Assembly: GCA_973895155.1 (NCBI GenBank)
Contig: OZ316898.1
Span: 13,109,659-13,173,658, forward strand
Direction: 5' to 3'
DNA from: Marsupella aquatica
Lineage: Eukaryota; Plantae; Marchantiophyta
Length of the DNA: 64,000 nt
The notes beneath the pieces are model-generated. The model worked only from the letters and a program-made list of their open reading frames with translations. It was not told the origin of the DNA and did not search any database. Within the stretch, counting starts at the first letter, position 1; each line of letters begins with the position of its first letter. The position numbers and the translations under genes were made by a program. Shown here piece after piece: positions 1-13,443 of this stretch.

Positions 1-1046
1 GACTAGTAGGCACCACGAAAAAAAAGTCTTGTGGTTTTCTGTGTATTTTAAATTCTCTGTGCCCACTTGACGTCAATTATGACCCAACTTTGGACGTTCA
101 GGTTCTGTTGCAGTGTCGGTCGTTTCACCCTCACAAATTCACCTGTGAAGTTATCCACAGATCAAATTTGCGCCGGAGCGGGGGAGATGTGGATCCTGGT
201 GCAACTCATTAATTCATTCATTACCCCAAGTGAAATTTACCTTTTGGAGCTTTCCATTTCGTGGTGCTCTGTGCAGCACTCTCACCAGCTTGGGTTCTTG
301 CCCTGTTTAAAACTATCACTATCTATCCTAGTGGAGAGTACCATGTGGAAGTTGATTTACCACATGTAGCTGTCCATAGACGTTCCTCGAGGAATTGTAA
401 GACTCGTGTAGTAGAAATGTAGGTCCTTAGTCAAGCTGAAATGTGGGAAGCGTCAGGCACTCCTTGGGGGTCCATTAATGTGAGAAGAACGCATCGATCT
501 GTGAGAGGATGGCAATTAAAAAATGTCCGATTGAGCAAAGAAGGAGAAGCAATTTGTATAATCAGCTTCTGTAAATGATGATGTGCGCACAAAAGCAAAA
601 TTTACAAAACACACATGTCCACCCTTGACAAACCCTTCGGGCAGAACAATACACTAAGATTGGAAAGTGTGTGAACCTAAGCACTTTTTTATGGCACAAT
701 TTGGCAGGCAGTGCATGCGTGTGGCAAAGTTGAAAACTTCGACTTTGACTTTGATCCTCGCTGCTTTTCTGAAATACCCGTTATGGTTCCCTTTTCTGTA
801 AAGCCCCCTGTCGTTATTCAAGCAGGAAATCTTGGGATAGTTCGTTCTGTGCTTTACTTTTGAATGCATGGGCATATGAAAGGTAGGATTCACAAACACA
901 GCTACAAGTTTCTCGCGTAGGAAATCGTCGAGGGGCTGATGCAAGGAAAAACTGGACATAAAATCAGACACTGCGAAGCCTTGCAAGTACATTGCAGATA
1001 GATCTTCCGTTAAATATGTACATCACTGCATCGTCCGGTTAACCCC

Positions 1047-4000
1047 TCATGAACTTTTCTTCAGAAACGTCTGGGGTTGTTCTGAATTAGTTTTCTGAGC
1101 AGGAGACTTTCCTCCTTTCTTGAATGAAGCCGCCCATTCGAAGTGGTCACAGCGTGTCTCTGGATTTGAAGAAGGTCCCTGGACATACGAGAAAAGTAAC
1201 TTTAAAAAACGTGACGGAGCAGCCGGTGACTAAACTAAGGACTCAGGGAGTCTATTTCTACAAACCAGTTCAGACATCACCAAATATCTTCAACGAACTT
1301 CTTCAGGAATCTTCCCCTTCACATAGGTTATCTCAATTGGCTATGAAGCATGTTTAATTGCATTGACGGATAAGGCGTGTAAAAAAACCTGAAACCTTGT
1401 AATTGACAAAACATTACCAAAGTTGTATAGAAATCAACAAATACATTGAGCGCAAACCGAGTTGTTATGAGACAAACCTCAGCACGGGCACAAACATAAA
1501 ATCCACGGCCAATGTTAGGACCTTGCTTCTTCACAACTCGTGCAACACAAGGTTCATCATGACCCTTGCAAAGAGGCACAGCTCTTGCCATTTTTTCCTT
1601 TATCTTACTCCAGGACGCATTTGCTTGCTTGGTCCCCTCAGCAGCCCGAATCTGTTCTAACTGCATTAAATGTTCTATGTCTAATTCGCCAGATCTCCAA
1701 CAATCTGAATCTATTTCTCTCTGATCATTGCACAGCTCGTCGCTGCCATTGATGGTCCCACTCGCTGCTGGATAAGATCCTTGACTATCCAAAACATCTG
1801 CATCTTGTCTAGTCCAGTCAACATTCTCACTTCTCAGATCGAATTCAGTTCTGCTCTGAGCTACTGCATCTGCATTTTCTGTACACAATCCTTCGCTACT
1901 ATTCGAATATGTTATCACCCTTGAGGGACTTCGATCCTCATCAGCCAATGATATCTTAGATTTTGAAGATGAGACAAAAAATGCTCGAAGGTCTTTTTGT
2001 TGGGAACTGGATTTTTGTACATCGTGAACACCTTGCTTTTTCACCTTGGATGCAGAAGACCCTTGCTTCTTGCGTTTTCCCACAACATTGTTGTTATTGG
2101 AGAAGGACGTTGCCGTTACATTGAACACTGCGGGACTTGCCCCACTCATTTTTGATTCCATGCCGTTAGAATTCAACGAAGATGGGTGTCTTTTAAGTAG
2201 CGCCACTGCACAGAAGGAGAAATCCGCTTAGACATTCATTCTTTTAAAATACATTCATTGTCATAGCATTGATTAGTTGCACGTAAGTGGATGTTCACAT
2301 GTAATAATCAACATCAAGAAAATCGAGAAACAAAGATTCCAACAATCAGGGAGAAGAAGATCATGTGCGCTGGGCAGGTGCTCGGATTATTGACATTTTG
2401 TAAACTAGTTGCTTCACTTCTCACCAAGATTCTGTTGACGACCTCGGATCTCTGGCAAGAATCGCGCCGCAAGAGGAGGTACTTCATGTGGCTGAACGGC
2501 TGACTGCTCTTTCAGGTGGACAACAATAGGAGCGTGGTCAGAGCCTTCCAACTTCAAGCTCCTTCCTCCTTGCCATCTGGAAGCAGAATAGAATGGAAAA
2601 AAACGTGGAATTACTGTACTGTAATATAAAGTCAATTTCATTGAGTGCGTCAAGCTCTGAATTGGAGAGGGGGGAAAGAAACCAACGTGACGACCTTGTC
2701 TACCAGAATTTTGAGAGACAATCTGATATCCATACCACAAATATTTGCTTTAAGTACTTAAAATAAGTGTTTGCTATTGAACGTCGAGAGGATAGCCACC
2801 TGCCCATGACACTTATAAAGGTAAGGAGCTTGCCTTGGATGGGTATCAAGCTTCATACGCCTGAACTGCGAGAGGATATCACACTCAAGCACTTCACATT
2901 CAGCAAAGCCATGAATTCTTTCAGTAATCGTGGCCTGTGGAACCATTTCATGAGTGCAGCAACCAGCGGCAAGTACGAGATCAATGCGAGTGCCATAATT
3001 GAACTCCTCTGCACCAGTCGCTGAAGACCAGCAGGTATATGCCTCCTTTCTGCGTGGAAGATATGAGATGGGTGTCAGACCTTTCAGACTTATGTTACAC
3101 AAATACTTAAAACTTCTCAACAAAATAATTCAATATTCTCAAGACGGACAACACTCTGACCAAGGCTAGAAATCCCGCCTCCTCCATTAAAGATGATCAA
3201 GGAGTTCTCTGGAGCAATCTCTTTAAGAGGTAGTTGAGGTATTTAGCAATTCGAATAATTAATATAAAGTGAAGAATAAATGCTCTAGTACCTGTCAGGA
3301 TGAAGGAATCGAAAAACATCCAAGAAAGCTCCACCTTCATGCTTAAGCAAGGAACAGAACCACCTCCGGCATCTGCAAATTTGTTTTATGGAATTTGTCA
3401 GAGGAAGTTTGTGAGAGGTCCATGCGAATGTATTCCTTGTCTCAATATTCCGTCTGAGGTGGCAACAGCAACCGTATCATCGCAAGTCCAGTCCACTTTG
3501 GCTCGATGAGACCCAAAAAACGTTGCCTGAGATCAAAAGAAACCAGAAACGCAGGGCTGCAGGTTCAACTTGACGCACTAGTGTGCCAACAGCCAGACGG
3601 GCATCAATACAAGCATTCAGAATGTTACTTGTGAAAAAAACAAGAGAAACAAAAAATCTCACATATTCTTGTCGAAGTCAGGTCCTGGGTCACGATGGTC
3701 AATTGGACGTGGCGAAATGTTGAAGTCTCCAATAGCAATTACCCTTCGATTCCGGTTTAAAAGTGCCTCCCATCTACGCTGTGTTACAAAGAGGGTTTCA
3801 GACGCTCTCTCAAGAGACACAACAATACTTTAGCTGGACCTCAAGGTGTCGAACACTAGCCAGCAGAAATAGTTTAGATTTGTGACACAATCAGCAATCT
3901 AGATTATCAAGGCACCAACTTGCAAGGACTATAAAACGAAAAAGTGGAACGAGTCTCACAGGCAATATCCAAGGAATTTATTCCAGGGTACTATCCATCG

Positions 4001-5875
4001 AACGGGGTTTAAGTATAATTTCGATAGAATGAATTTCAGGAGCGATATCCATGTATGGAGTTTCAAATGCAATACCTATGGCCCGAGTATCAACAGCAAT
4101 GTCTATAGAAGTCAGCTTCGATAGGAATGCTAAGATTCGAACTTAAAATTGGTTGAGGAAGGAAGCACACTTGTAAAGTCTTAAAAAAATCCAATTTGAA
4201 TTTCAATCGTTCCACGTCTCCACATTCCACCCGTGGGCAGTATAAATTGAAGAGGACTGCACCAGACCGAGGCAGAACTATTTGTCAGGTAACCATTCTC
4301 ATCCTGAGGTTCACACAGCCATTCAGGATGAGAACAGGGGAGAGAGCTTCTTCCAATAAATTGAATCTCAGTATCATGCATTGCAAGGGAAAGCTTCTTG
4401 ATACTATACGTGGTGTACTCAGAGAAACATACCAAATGATCCATGGTCCGTAATTAGGCATCGACCTTCGCTGTCTAGTTGCAAAAGCTCTTGCATTGAC
4501 AGGTCTACCTTCGCAATTTCTTCATAACAGCCAACTCGCCCTTTTTCACCTTCGATGTCACCAATCTGTGAGCGGTGGAGTAGTCCGGTGAACCCTTCGT
4601 CTGCAGCAAGAGGCAGTATTGGGCTTGTACTAGAGGGTAAAATTCCAACACGACAGAACGTGGCGACCCCTGTGCACGCAAAAAAAAGTTAATAATATGA
4701 GAGCATATACAGGAGACAAGAAGTAAAACAAAACTCCGGGTTACTGACCCCAGAAATATTAGCAAAAGCAACCAGTTAGTTGGTCACATGTTTTTTAATC
4801 TATCTTACGCAATGGTCTTGTTACAAGGACGTTGAACCGAAAACTTTCTGCAACGTTTTCAGAATGTTTTCCATACGAAATTTGCACTACCAAACATTTG
4901 TATGACGTTCGGTGAAAAGATTTTAATCCTGAGCTAGTTTGAATGAACAGCGAGGCATAGTTTGCCCACCTGAGTAGCCGCCTACACTTTTCTTCTTAGC
5001 ATTCCGATTACATGAGAAGAACGACTCGTAACCTTCCGCCACAGCTATATCAGCTGTCAGGTCATGCCTGGCCATTTTCGTCTCCTGAAACGCATCGCCA
5101 TTCCAAGCTAAGAAGAAGCAGGCTCATGGAGGCGTGCATTATTGGAGGAATGCACCTACGGCCTTTCTCTCAGGAGCATCCTTGCGTTACTGATTGTATT
5201 GAGATTATCAGTAGATAGAGAGAGGGAGGGTGGACAATCCTATAACGGTTAAAAGGGCAAGCCTGTAATGGTTAGAATTGATCTTCACAGGCGACTCATG
5301 TAAAGGAGCTGTAGGAGTTCCACTCCTTGTCTTTCTTCTTCTTTTAACTTTGAGAAAGTTCATGCCTCCATGTTTCTGTATCCTTCCCCTGCTGGAGTCC
5401 CGTGGACTTTAAAATCTATTCACCTCAATCCCTTTAGACCAGTTAGGATAATTTCATAACTCCGATTTCAAAACGGACCGGACGCAAAAAATGGAAAGGG
5501 CAAAAAGAAAGGACAGGGCTTTTTTCGGCATCTTGAGAATTCTACTGCTTTGGCTAAATACTTTCTCAGTTATATTTGTGAAAAATTCAGCTGACAGACA
5601 GGAATCAAGTAGAAGAAGAGAGATTCCATTCCAGCTCAGATATAATCAGGGGCAGTGACGAATTTAGCTACTGACAGTGCTTCAGGCACATCTTGGTATT
5701 TCAATGAATTAGGACGTTTGTATAATTCCAGAGATTACATACAAATATGCTGTAAGAAGCCCACCTGGAGACAGATGATGTCGGCATCTAGCGAGTCTAG
5801 GAAAGCAGAGAGAGTCCGCGGGGGAGACGATAGTCGCGCTCTCAGTCCATTCACATTGTAGCTGACAATCCTCAT
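1047..5875 (-). CDS. APE2: DNA-(apurinic/apyrimidinic site) endonuclease 2 (ExoIII/EEP domain, PIP box, Zf-GRF), 10 exons
   Basis: Hand-spliced exons 5875-5765, 5084-4970, 4669-4433, 4256-4171, 3778-3663, 3372-3292, 3049-2834, 2576-2425, 2205-1478, 1178-1047 join in frame. Motifs: [43 protein letters not shown]...[19 protein letters not shown] box QKDLRAFF, and the C-terminal Zf-[13 protein letters not shown]...GRGFYVC...RCDHFEW. Confidence 0.93.
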
Positions 5876-6293
5876 CCTGGGAATTGGCTCCTTCGCTCCT
5901 CACCATCCCTTGCACAGTCCGAATTTTACCCCGGGTGTAGAATACTGATGACAACCCTTCCACAAATGACTACCATTAACCCCGGATTGTCCCAAAAAAA
6001 TAAGTTCCATCACATTATATCACCCATCAGTCCGCTTCACCGCGGGACTCTCTCTGACGATACCAAAGAAGAGAGATGGCGGCATCCGGCTCCAAATCCT
6101 CTGAGGCTGATGATACGTTTCCACCAAGTCCAGTGATATTCTTTCTTCAAAAAGCGACTCATTACGCCTTTTCCTGATCTCCTTTCTCCCACTGGCCACT
6201 AGTGACAATGGACGGAGTACAGTCGATGTCCATAATGGATCGTGTCCATACGCCCAAGACCGATTGGATGCCAACTCCGAAACGAGCAGGAAA

Positions 6294-6308
6294 AAACCCT
6301 AAACCCTA
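6294..6308. promoter_or_regulatory. Tandem telo-box (AAACCCT-AAACCCTA) in the APE2 5' region
   Basis: Two adjacent plant telomere-type heptamers about 420 bp upstream of the APE2 ATG. Telo-boxes are known in 5' regions of plant cell-cycle and translation genes; function here is not shown. Confidence 0.35.
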
Positions 6309-6884
6309 TAGGAGCGTCCCTGTCGAAATCTACAACTACTGCAAATCCTCATCCAATTCTGTTTCCTCTGAATCGATGAATTAGTGCTCTAGGACATCCA
6401 TGAACTTCGACTGCCAATTCACTTCCATTTCTGTACTAATAACGGACAGCTGAACGCATGATTTACATCCACTTCCACGTATCTTCGATTCCTCGCTTCC
6501 TCTGTATCAAACGAGTGGAAAACACCACTGTACTCTTCATGTGAACTTCCCTGATCCCTCCTCAAAATCCACGTCCTCAGGTTTTGACCATCCGAGCTGG
6601 TTTTGACGCCTTGACTCTAGCAAAAAGCTGACGAGACTGACGAAATAGAACAGACTATAGAATGATCAAGTCAGCTAGTCCGTGGGATTCTGGGAGGCTG
6701 GAACTCTGACATTCGAACGCAAACAATTCGAATGCAAATCATAGTGACCCATCGCAAAATCCCTCCCGCGCGGAAAATCGACACCCAAAACAAACCTGCA
6801 GGCAAATGCTCGACGCGCTGTCGCCCGTCGATCTCGGACTGTCGCTTTACTGTGCTGCAAGGAGGAAATTAATCATCTAAAAGC

Positions 6885-7112
6885 TGCGGGAGAATCAATC
6901 TCGTTCTCCGGAATTATTGCATTTACCGAACTGTGACACCTTTTGAAGTTTTGAGACAGCAGTGCAGAATTAATAAAATACTCACTGGAGTACAGTGAAA
7001 CTAATATAATAGTTGCGGAGAATCAATCCTGTTCTCCCTGAATTATTGCATTTACCGAACTATGACGCCTTTTGAGACGGCTGTGCAAAATAAAAGAGTC
7101 ACTGGAGTACAG
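6885..7112. repeat. Two-copy diverged tandem duplication, about 129-bp period
   Basis: gcgg(g)agaatcaatc...gaattattgcatttaccgaact...actggagtacag begins at both 6885 and 7014. Confidence 0.85.
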
Positions 7113-10100
7113 CCTGTAGGAGCGTTCAATGCCAGTTTGACCGACAATAATCGGTTTTCTGTTTCAATGTTTTTAAAAAAATTCATAGAGAGGGACTAGA
7201 AATGGACCAAGATATTATAAGCAGAGACCTCGTCGACCTGTGTCCTTCATTAGGGTCTTTCTTAATAAGAGTGAGTGTCTGTCGCCCTGTTTTACGAGTG
7301 AGTGTTTGTTACCCTTTAGAGAGCTCATGCTTTCACTAGTCTTAGTAGGGGTGACATGGTTTATTCTAGGGTGTCTAGCAAGAGTCTTGTTACACACTCT
7401 CATCACAAAAGTCATTTTGATGTTTATTTCAAGTGGAATAGATTAGTGCAAAATTTTGCACCTGTTTGATGTTGTTTTTACGACACCTTGTAATGTTCAC
7501 ATAAAATATTGGATACACAATCACAATCGCATATAAAATATATATGTTGAGCACAGACTACATTCACAACGGTAAACATATGACACATTCAACGCACAAG
7601 TGATCCACGCAAGAGATATATGGTTCCCCTGCTCAAGACTACATCCATGGGAAGACACAAGAGAATTTTACTAAACTTTAAGTCCGTTGGCCATACCAAG
7701 TCTCCATAGTGTAAATTTTCTTTATCTCTCAAGTTGCTTCATAACAATGAATCTTGGTTCTATTTATTCTAGCAAACACTCCTTAAAATATAGTGTCTAA
7801 CTTAGTTAACCTAATCACATCTTTGATTATAGTTAACCTAATTATGGTTACATGTCATAACCCTAGACATAAATGTAAACACCTAACAATATACATCTAA
7901 TGGATGTCTATATTCAAAACGCTTGTCAATTTCATACATGTATTTATACACTAACAATCTGGATAACTAATGGATTTACAACCCACTTTTGAGATGCTAT
8001 GCATTCCACTCCAAAGTTGTACAAGGCTCTTTAGTTTCAGGATAGGCATGGTTTTTAGGTCCTCTATTTCTCAATTGATTTTGTTGTGGGCTTCTGCCTG
8101 TGGCCCTGGTTTTTATGGTTCTTTTGTTGTGTCCCCTTGATTGGAGCTTTTGCCTGTGGGATCCTGTCTTCCTCTTGTTCTTATGCAATTTGTTATATAT
8201 TACAATTATGTTGCTTTACGACCTAATTACTAGCACGATGTACGTGCTTTCTTATTGTGGATTGTAATTGATGTTAAGTGAAAGTGTTTTCAAGCATAAG
8301 TGAGATAATCACCCATATATAATCCAACAGCCAGGGTGTCTTCCCGCTAAAATGACATTTTGTTAAATAGACCATGAGACAACAGAATTACATATTCTTA
8401 GATATGATTGTCATTGAAAGCTACTCTTCAAGGCATGTGGTTTAGAGTGAAGCCACTAGACCATCACTTTGAGGCCATAATTGAAGTTGGGGTTGCAGGA
8501 AAAATTAGTTCGTGGACCCCTTGGCTAATAAAATCAGGGGGAAGAGTCGATCTGAGCCGTCTCCATTTCTTATCTCTGGAAATCTCGTCCGTCCATCATA
8601 ATGGCCAATCTATGGCTCAAAAGAAAGATCTCAAATAGATCTATGGATGGGTTCTGTCCGTTTTGCAAATGGGTTAATATTTTCCAAATGAAAAATTAAA
8701 CAAATCCAAGCCTTCCTAGCCATCGATTTTGTTGATTTTACGATCTTTGCCGTCCATTTTGTAATGCCCCTAGAAATCTTATTCATCCATGTTAGAAGGC
8801 GATCTAGGGTGCAAAAGAAAGATCTCAATGAGATCTACGACTGGGTTTTTTTGTTTTGAGAATGAGTAAATAGTTTTGAGTATAAAATTCAATGGACTTT
8901 CAAGATTCCAGCCATTCCTCCTCCCCGATCCTGGGTTTCTATGTGCTTTTCCCAGCATTAATGGCCGTACAATACGAGAGGTCCTTACATACCGGGAGTT
9001 GCGGTTTAACAAGGAAGTTATCAAGTTAGTTATTAGTCATTATTTATTATTCATAGTTTTTCTCCCTCGACGATATTGTAGAAGAACCCTAAGTTTCAAC
9101 CACATTGCAGCATGGATGCCTCTAGGGTAGCCCATAGGGAGGAATAATACTAGGCAACATACACAACCCTTCTGCTTGTCTCATGTGCCCCATAACCCTA
9201 CATAAGGCAAAGTCTGTATCAGGTGCTTTTGTCAAGGGTGTAACTATCCAGCCTAGGTATACAACATGTCATTCCCCACATACACCCACCCTACTCCTTA
9301 ACCTCTACACAAGTGTTTCCTGTCTATGTGAATTTTTGCACATTTGCTATCAGGTGAAGGGGCTTGGGAATGTTACAAATAGGTTTTCCAACAGTTCTGT
9401 TACTTTTTCTTCAAAAATCACTTTTTACTAACCTGTCCCCCAAACTTACAGTTATTATCACCCCAATTATCACCCTGCCCCCCAAACAATTTTAATTACT
9501 AAGTAATTGACCTTCATTTTGTATAGGTTTCCTTACTCCTGTAAGTAACCCAAGGTCATTCCGCATTGGTTGTCTACCATGTGGCAAGGAGTTATTGGGG
9601 CCCACCAAACTTCATCCAATGATGCCCTAACCCAGGCTGCCTCATTCCGATTATGAAACATGTGGGTGTTCAGGGTCATTGTGCAAATGCAGGCCCCAGC
9701 CCGGCTTCCTCTCCGCCCTCCTGTTTTGGGAAATGCAGGCCCGGTGCCAAAGCTATCCCCACCTTTTTCACTCTCAGCTCTTTCCCCTACATCTTGTCAA
9801 ATAAAACAAACCCAGGCAGGTTTGATTTCTCACATTGCACGGCCGATAGCACCTCACCATGTGGCAGACAACTAGTGCAGAATGACTTCAAGTTAAGTAC
9901 AAGAGAAAGTGTAACTCGTATACAAAATGGAGGTCAAGTAAATTTTTGAAGTGGTTTGGGAGGGTGGAAAGCTGGTGGAAAGTTCACATCTTGATAAACT
10001 GTAAACTTGTGCTACTCAACCTCTTCTTCTTGAGGATACAGCCATATACTAGAGATTTGACATAATATTATGAAGATTTTCAAACATGTTTGGATAGAGT

Positions 10101-10723
10101 GATATTATTTAAGTGTCATTAATACTGTTAAATCCCCAGATGATCAATGCAATGATTTTTTCTCAGAAAATCTGAATGGTCCATAATGAACGCCATTTAA
10201 ATGAGAATAAAATACAGATACAGCATGAATACTTTGTTATATTTGCTATCACAAGTGTTATTTTATTTTGCTTTCTTCTCTAAATAGAGTGGGAACTCAA
10301 TGCAGCTTGTTCAAATCTCAGTGATCCATCATCCAAGCCCAAAATCTCATCACATGGATGGGTAAAATTGTACTCAATTAGATGTATTTTGTGGGTACAT
10401 AAATTAATTAAGAGGAGATAAAATAAACTTCCGGCTAATTTTGCATGCACAGATCCCATGTGTGGCCTTGCTCACAAATTAGTCCAATTGCTCAACCAAA
10501 TGGGCTCAAGGAGGAGATCAGTTTTAGTCTCTCAATACAATTTGAACCCCAAAGGTGATGGGAAGGTTCTGCTGTAACAAAACAAGGTCAACTTATATTA
10601 GTTAATACACTTGTTGTCAATGTCATGGTCAAATTCAGTATTATTGTTTGAACCAGCTTTTTGATAATGTTACTGGGATTAACGAAGGCTTTTGACAGTA
10701 ACCGTGCAATCAGGGGATGGTGA

Positions 10724-13443
10724 TTACCCAATAGGAAATGCTTCAACAAATGGAGCGATGAACATGAGCACTATGCCAATTGTGACAGGAATTGAAGGCC
10801 TGTCTGTGATACATTTTCTGAAGCCTCCATTTTGTACATGCTGATAGAACAAGTAGGCTGCAATGGCCACATTGATGAGCATTGCTACTCTGGATTTCCT
10901 GAACTCTAGCGCCAGTGCTTTTGGTGTGGATGCAACCAAAAGTGCCCATGCTGCGGGTATGTCCAAGTCCTCTAGAAGTAAGCAACACGAACATTTCAAG
11001 TAATAGTCAGCTTCCTTCTCATCAACAGATATGGTATCTATTTCAACCATCAACTTATCAGCAAAGACAGGTTGCATACGTTTTCAAATCATCATATCTC
11101 TCCATGATTGGGTATCCAATTATTTCTCATAGGGCTAACTCAAATGAAGTCAATGATGCACTAAGCTCTAAACCACACTGAATTCCTGGGATGGGATGAC
11201 CAAAAAGATATATGAGAGATTGAACTCACCTGGTGCTAGCATTGGGAAGAATATGTACAAGGCTAATGTGGCACAGGCAATCCATTTTCCCATCTCCCCA
11301 CTGTAAGCCCACAAATTTTCTTTGATTTATCAGTTAGTGAAACACCCCCAAGGTCTCTAAGTTTAATTGTAACATCAATAAGGTTTACTAAAATAATCTT
11401 GGCACTTGGTAGATTATAGTCACTTGGTATATCATACATATCTGGGGACGAGGATAAGCCTATGATCTCTACTTTTCCCCTCAAAAATTGATCCTTCACC
11501 ATTTAATACTCCTAAAGAGATCTAACACTAATTTTCTTGTTTGTCAATTTGCTTACTTGTGCCTAATCATATGGATTGAAAACTTTGTGTGCCTATTCAT
11601 TAATTTCAATCATGTGGACTTGAAATTGTTGAGATAATGTGAAGCTTCTGTACATGATTCATTGTATGTTCTGGCACTTCCCTAGTAGGAGATTCACAGA
11701 ACTAGACCGCGTCTCTCTGTGTCCTTTTCAAAACATGCATTTCTTTTCAAACGTTGCCCGATACATTTTCACTAGTTAAAATTGTTTCCATACTATTTGA
11801 AGTTTTTTTATATCGTGTAGAGATAGCTCTAATCAAATGGTTGGTTGAATGTACCGTAATAAGTCCCCAACATTCAATGGCACATTGAGGGCGGCATAGA
11901 TGACAAGCAAGCCAATAATCAAATTGGTTTGATGGTTTGTTCGATCAAGTTCAGGCCAAAATCTGTAATAAAATATTTTGGTTAACTGGAAATTATTTTG
12001 TTCAAGTGACTGTTGTTCACATCCACCTTCTGGGCCCTCTACTTTGGCATGCTACTCTCACCATCTTTTGTGCCCACATTTGATACTATTGATTTGGATC
12101 CCAACTTTTCAATAAGTGTCATTTCCAGGACATGCGTGGTGGAGCACTATGGCTCTGTCTAGGAACCAAAGGAACACTGTCATTGCCTTCACAATAAAGA
12201 CTGTATCTAAAATTCTCACTCATCAAACTAGACAAGTATTAGTGAGACTTGTTTAAGTTCCATGGATTATAAACTGGAGCTGAAACAACAGCCATCTACT
12301 TCCTTGCATCTGTATTCTGTCATCTTTATTTATAATTGTGATTTATAACTTTTTAAAAAATCTGACATGAAAACCACTCGTTAACAAATAAGCTCTGGTT
12401 CAACATTGATTTAGTGATTTTTAGATACCTACTGAGTTGATACTTGAAACATTGGAGTACTACGTACAGTTCAACAGTAGTTCAAGATTCTATTATATTC
12501 TACAAGTTACTAACAAACATTTGAATGAGGAAGTGATCTAGGAGGCAAGGTGTTTTGCTTCCCAAGAGTGTGATCTTCAATAATTAAGTCATTGAAAGAG
12601 AAAGGTATAATGTAAACAACACTTCAGTAACTTTGGTTTAGCAAGGTCTACTTTAAACCTGAGTTTATGTAGAATCTGGCCAAGAGCATCCCATTTACAA
12701 GTTTCTCGAGCTTCTCTAGATGGCGGACGATGTGAATACCTCCACAACTTGATCTTGCTCATAGGAGTTGCCATTAGGTCCCAAAAGTACAACAAGTTTT
12801 AAATCTTTGGTACTGCAGTTTTGAGGCCTGGTAAAGGAATTTAGTCTATGACCATCAACAATTTGCAAGTGCTTCGCATTGTTTTATGTCCAAAAACATA
12901 TTTTGAGACAATGCCAGGATTGATGGTGTCTATCAATCATTCAACACAATTGATTTAGCAGAATGAAAATATATCACTTATATGTTCAAGATGGAAGAAA
13001 TCATGGGGCTAACTAGAGTACTATTTGTAAGAAAATCAAGTTCTTTGGGTAAGGGCAACAGACGTGAAGCGTAAAGTTCACCAGCAGGAGGTGGAGAGGT
13101 ACTTTAGTTATCGTGCCGTTTGGGACCTCCACATATCATTTAGGGACCATTATCCATACCTTATGCATCCTTGTGCCCCTTGTCCTTTTTGTCGCATGAC
13201 GACTAGGGACTAGTGGAGGCTATGTTGATCATATTCATACTACACTAGTAACAACACATTTAATTAAGATAAGTTACAGTGACCAGGATAGTTTTAGTTG
13301 ACTAGGATTACTACACTGTGAATGAGAAATCTTAGAGGTACAATACCTACCGGAACTGTTGGAGGATCTCCTTTGCTTTTAGAATGATAAATCTGGTGAA
13401 TAAATACAAATCCCGGATATCTGACTTGCATTTATCAGGGGCA
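10724..13443 (-). CDS. COR413: Divergent COR413 (WCOR413 cold-acclimation multispanning membrane protein) family gene; 5' end unresolved, possibly decaying
   Basis: Exons 13443-13351, 13020-12982 (donor ATAAGT), 11962-11855, 11300-11230 and 10971-10724 have compatible phases. They translate to ...KSDIRDL...SPMISSILNI-FWPELDRTNHQTNLIIGLLV...LRGEMGKWIACATLALYIFFP...EDLDIP...AYLFYQHVQNGGFRK...TIGIVLMFIAPF. This parallels the COR413-PM motifs SDxxxL, LDRTNWKTN, RGExGKWIA, LFFP and YLLQEHI..SGGFR. The three 3' exons are the most secure. Confidence 0.75.

Noticed and set aside
7489-7956. Possible Copia solo LTR (tg...ctaaca, internal tggttc...ctacatcca motif)
   Set aside because: There is no matching TSD or convincing terminal inverted repeat, so the support is too weak to call.
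8229-8248. Helitron 3' end (CTAG plus hairpin agcacg/cgtgct) that might explain COR413 capture
   Set aside because: The hairpin overlaps the CTAG instead of lying about 10 nt away, and no matching 5' end was found.
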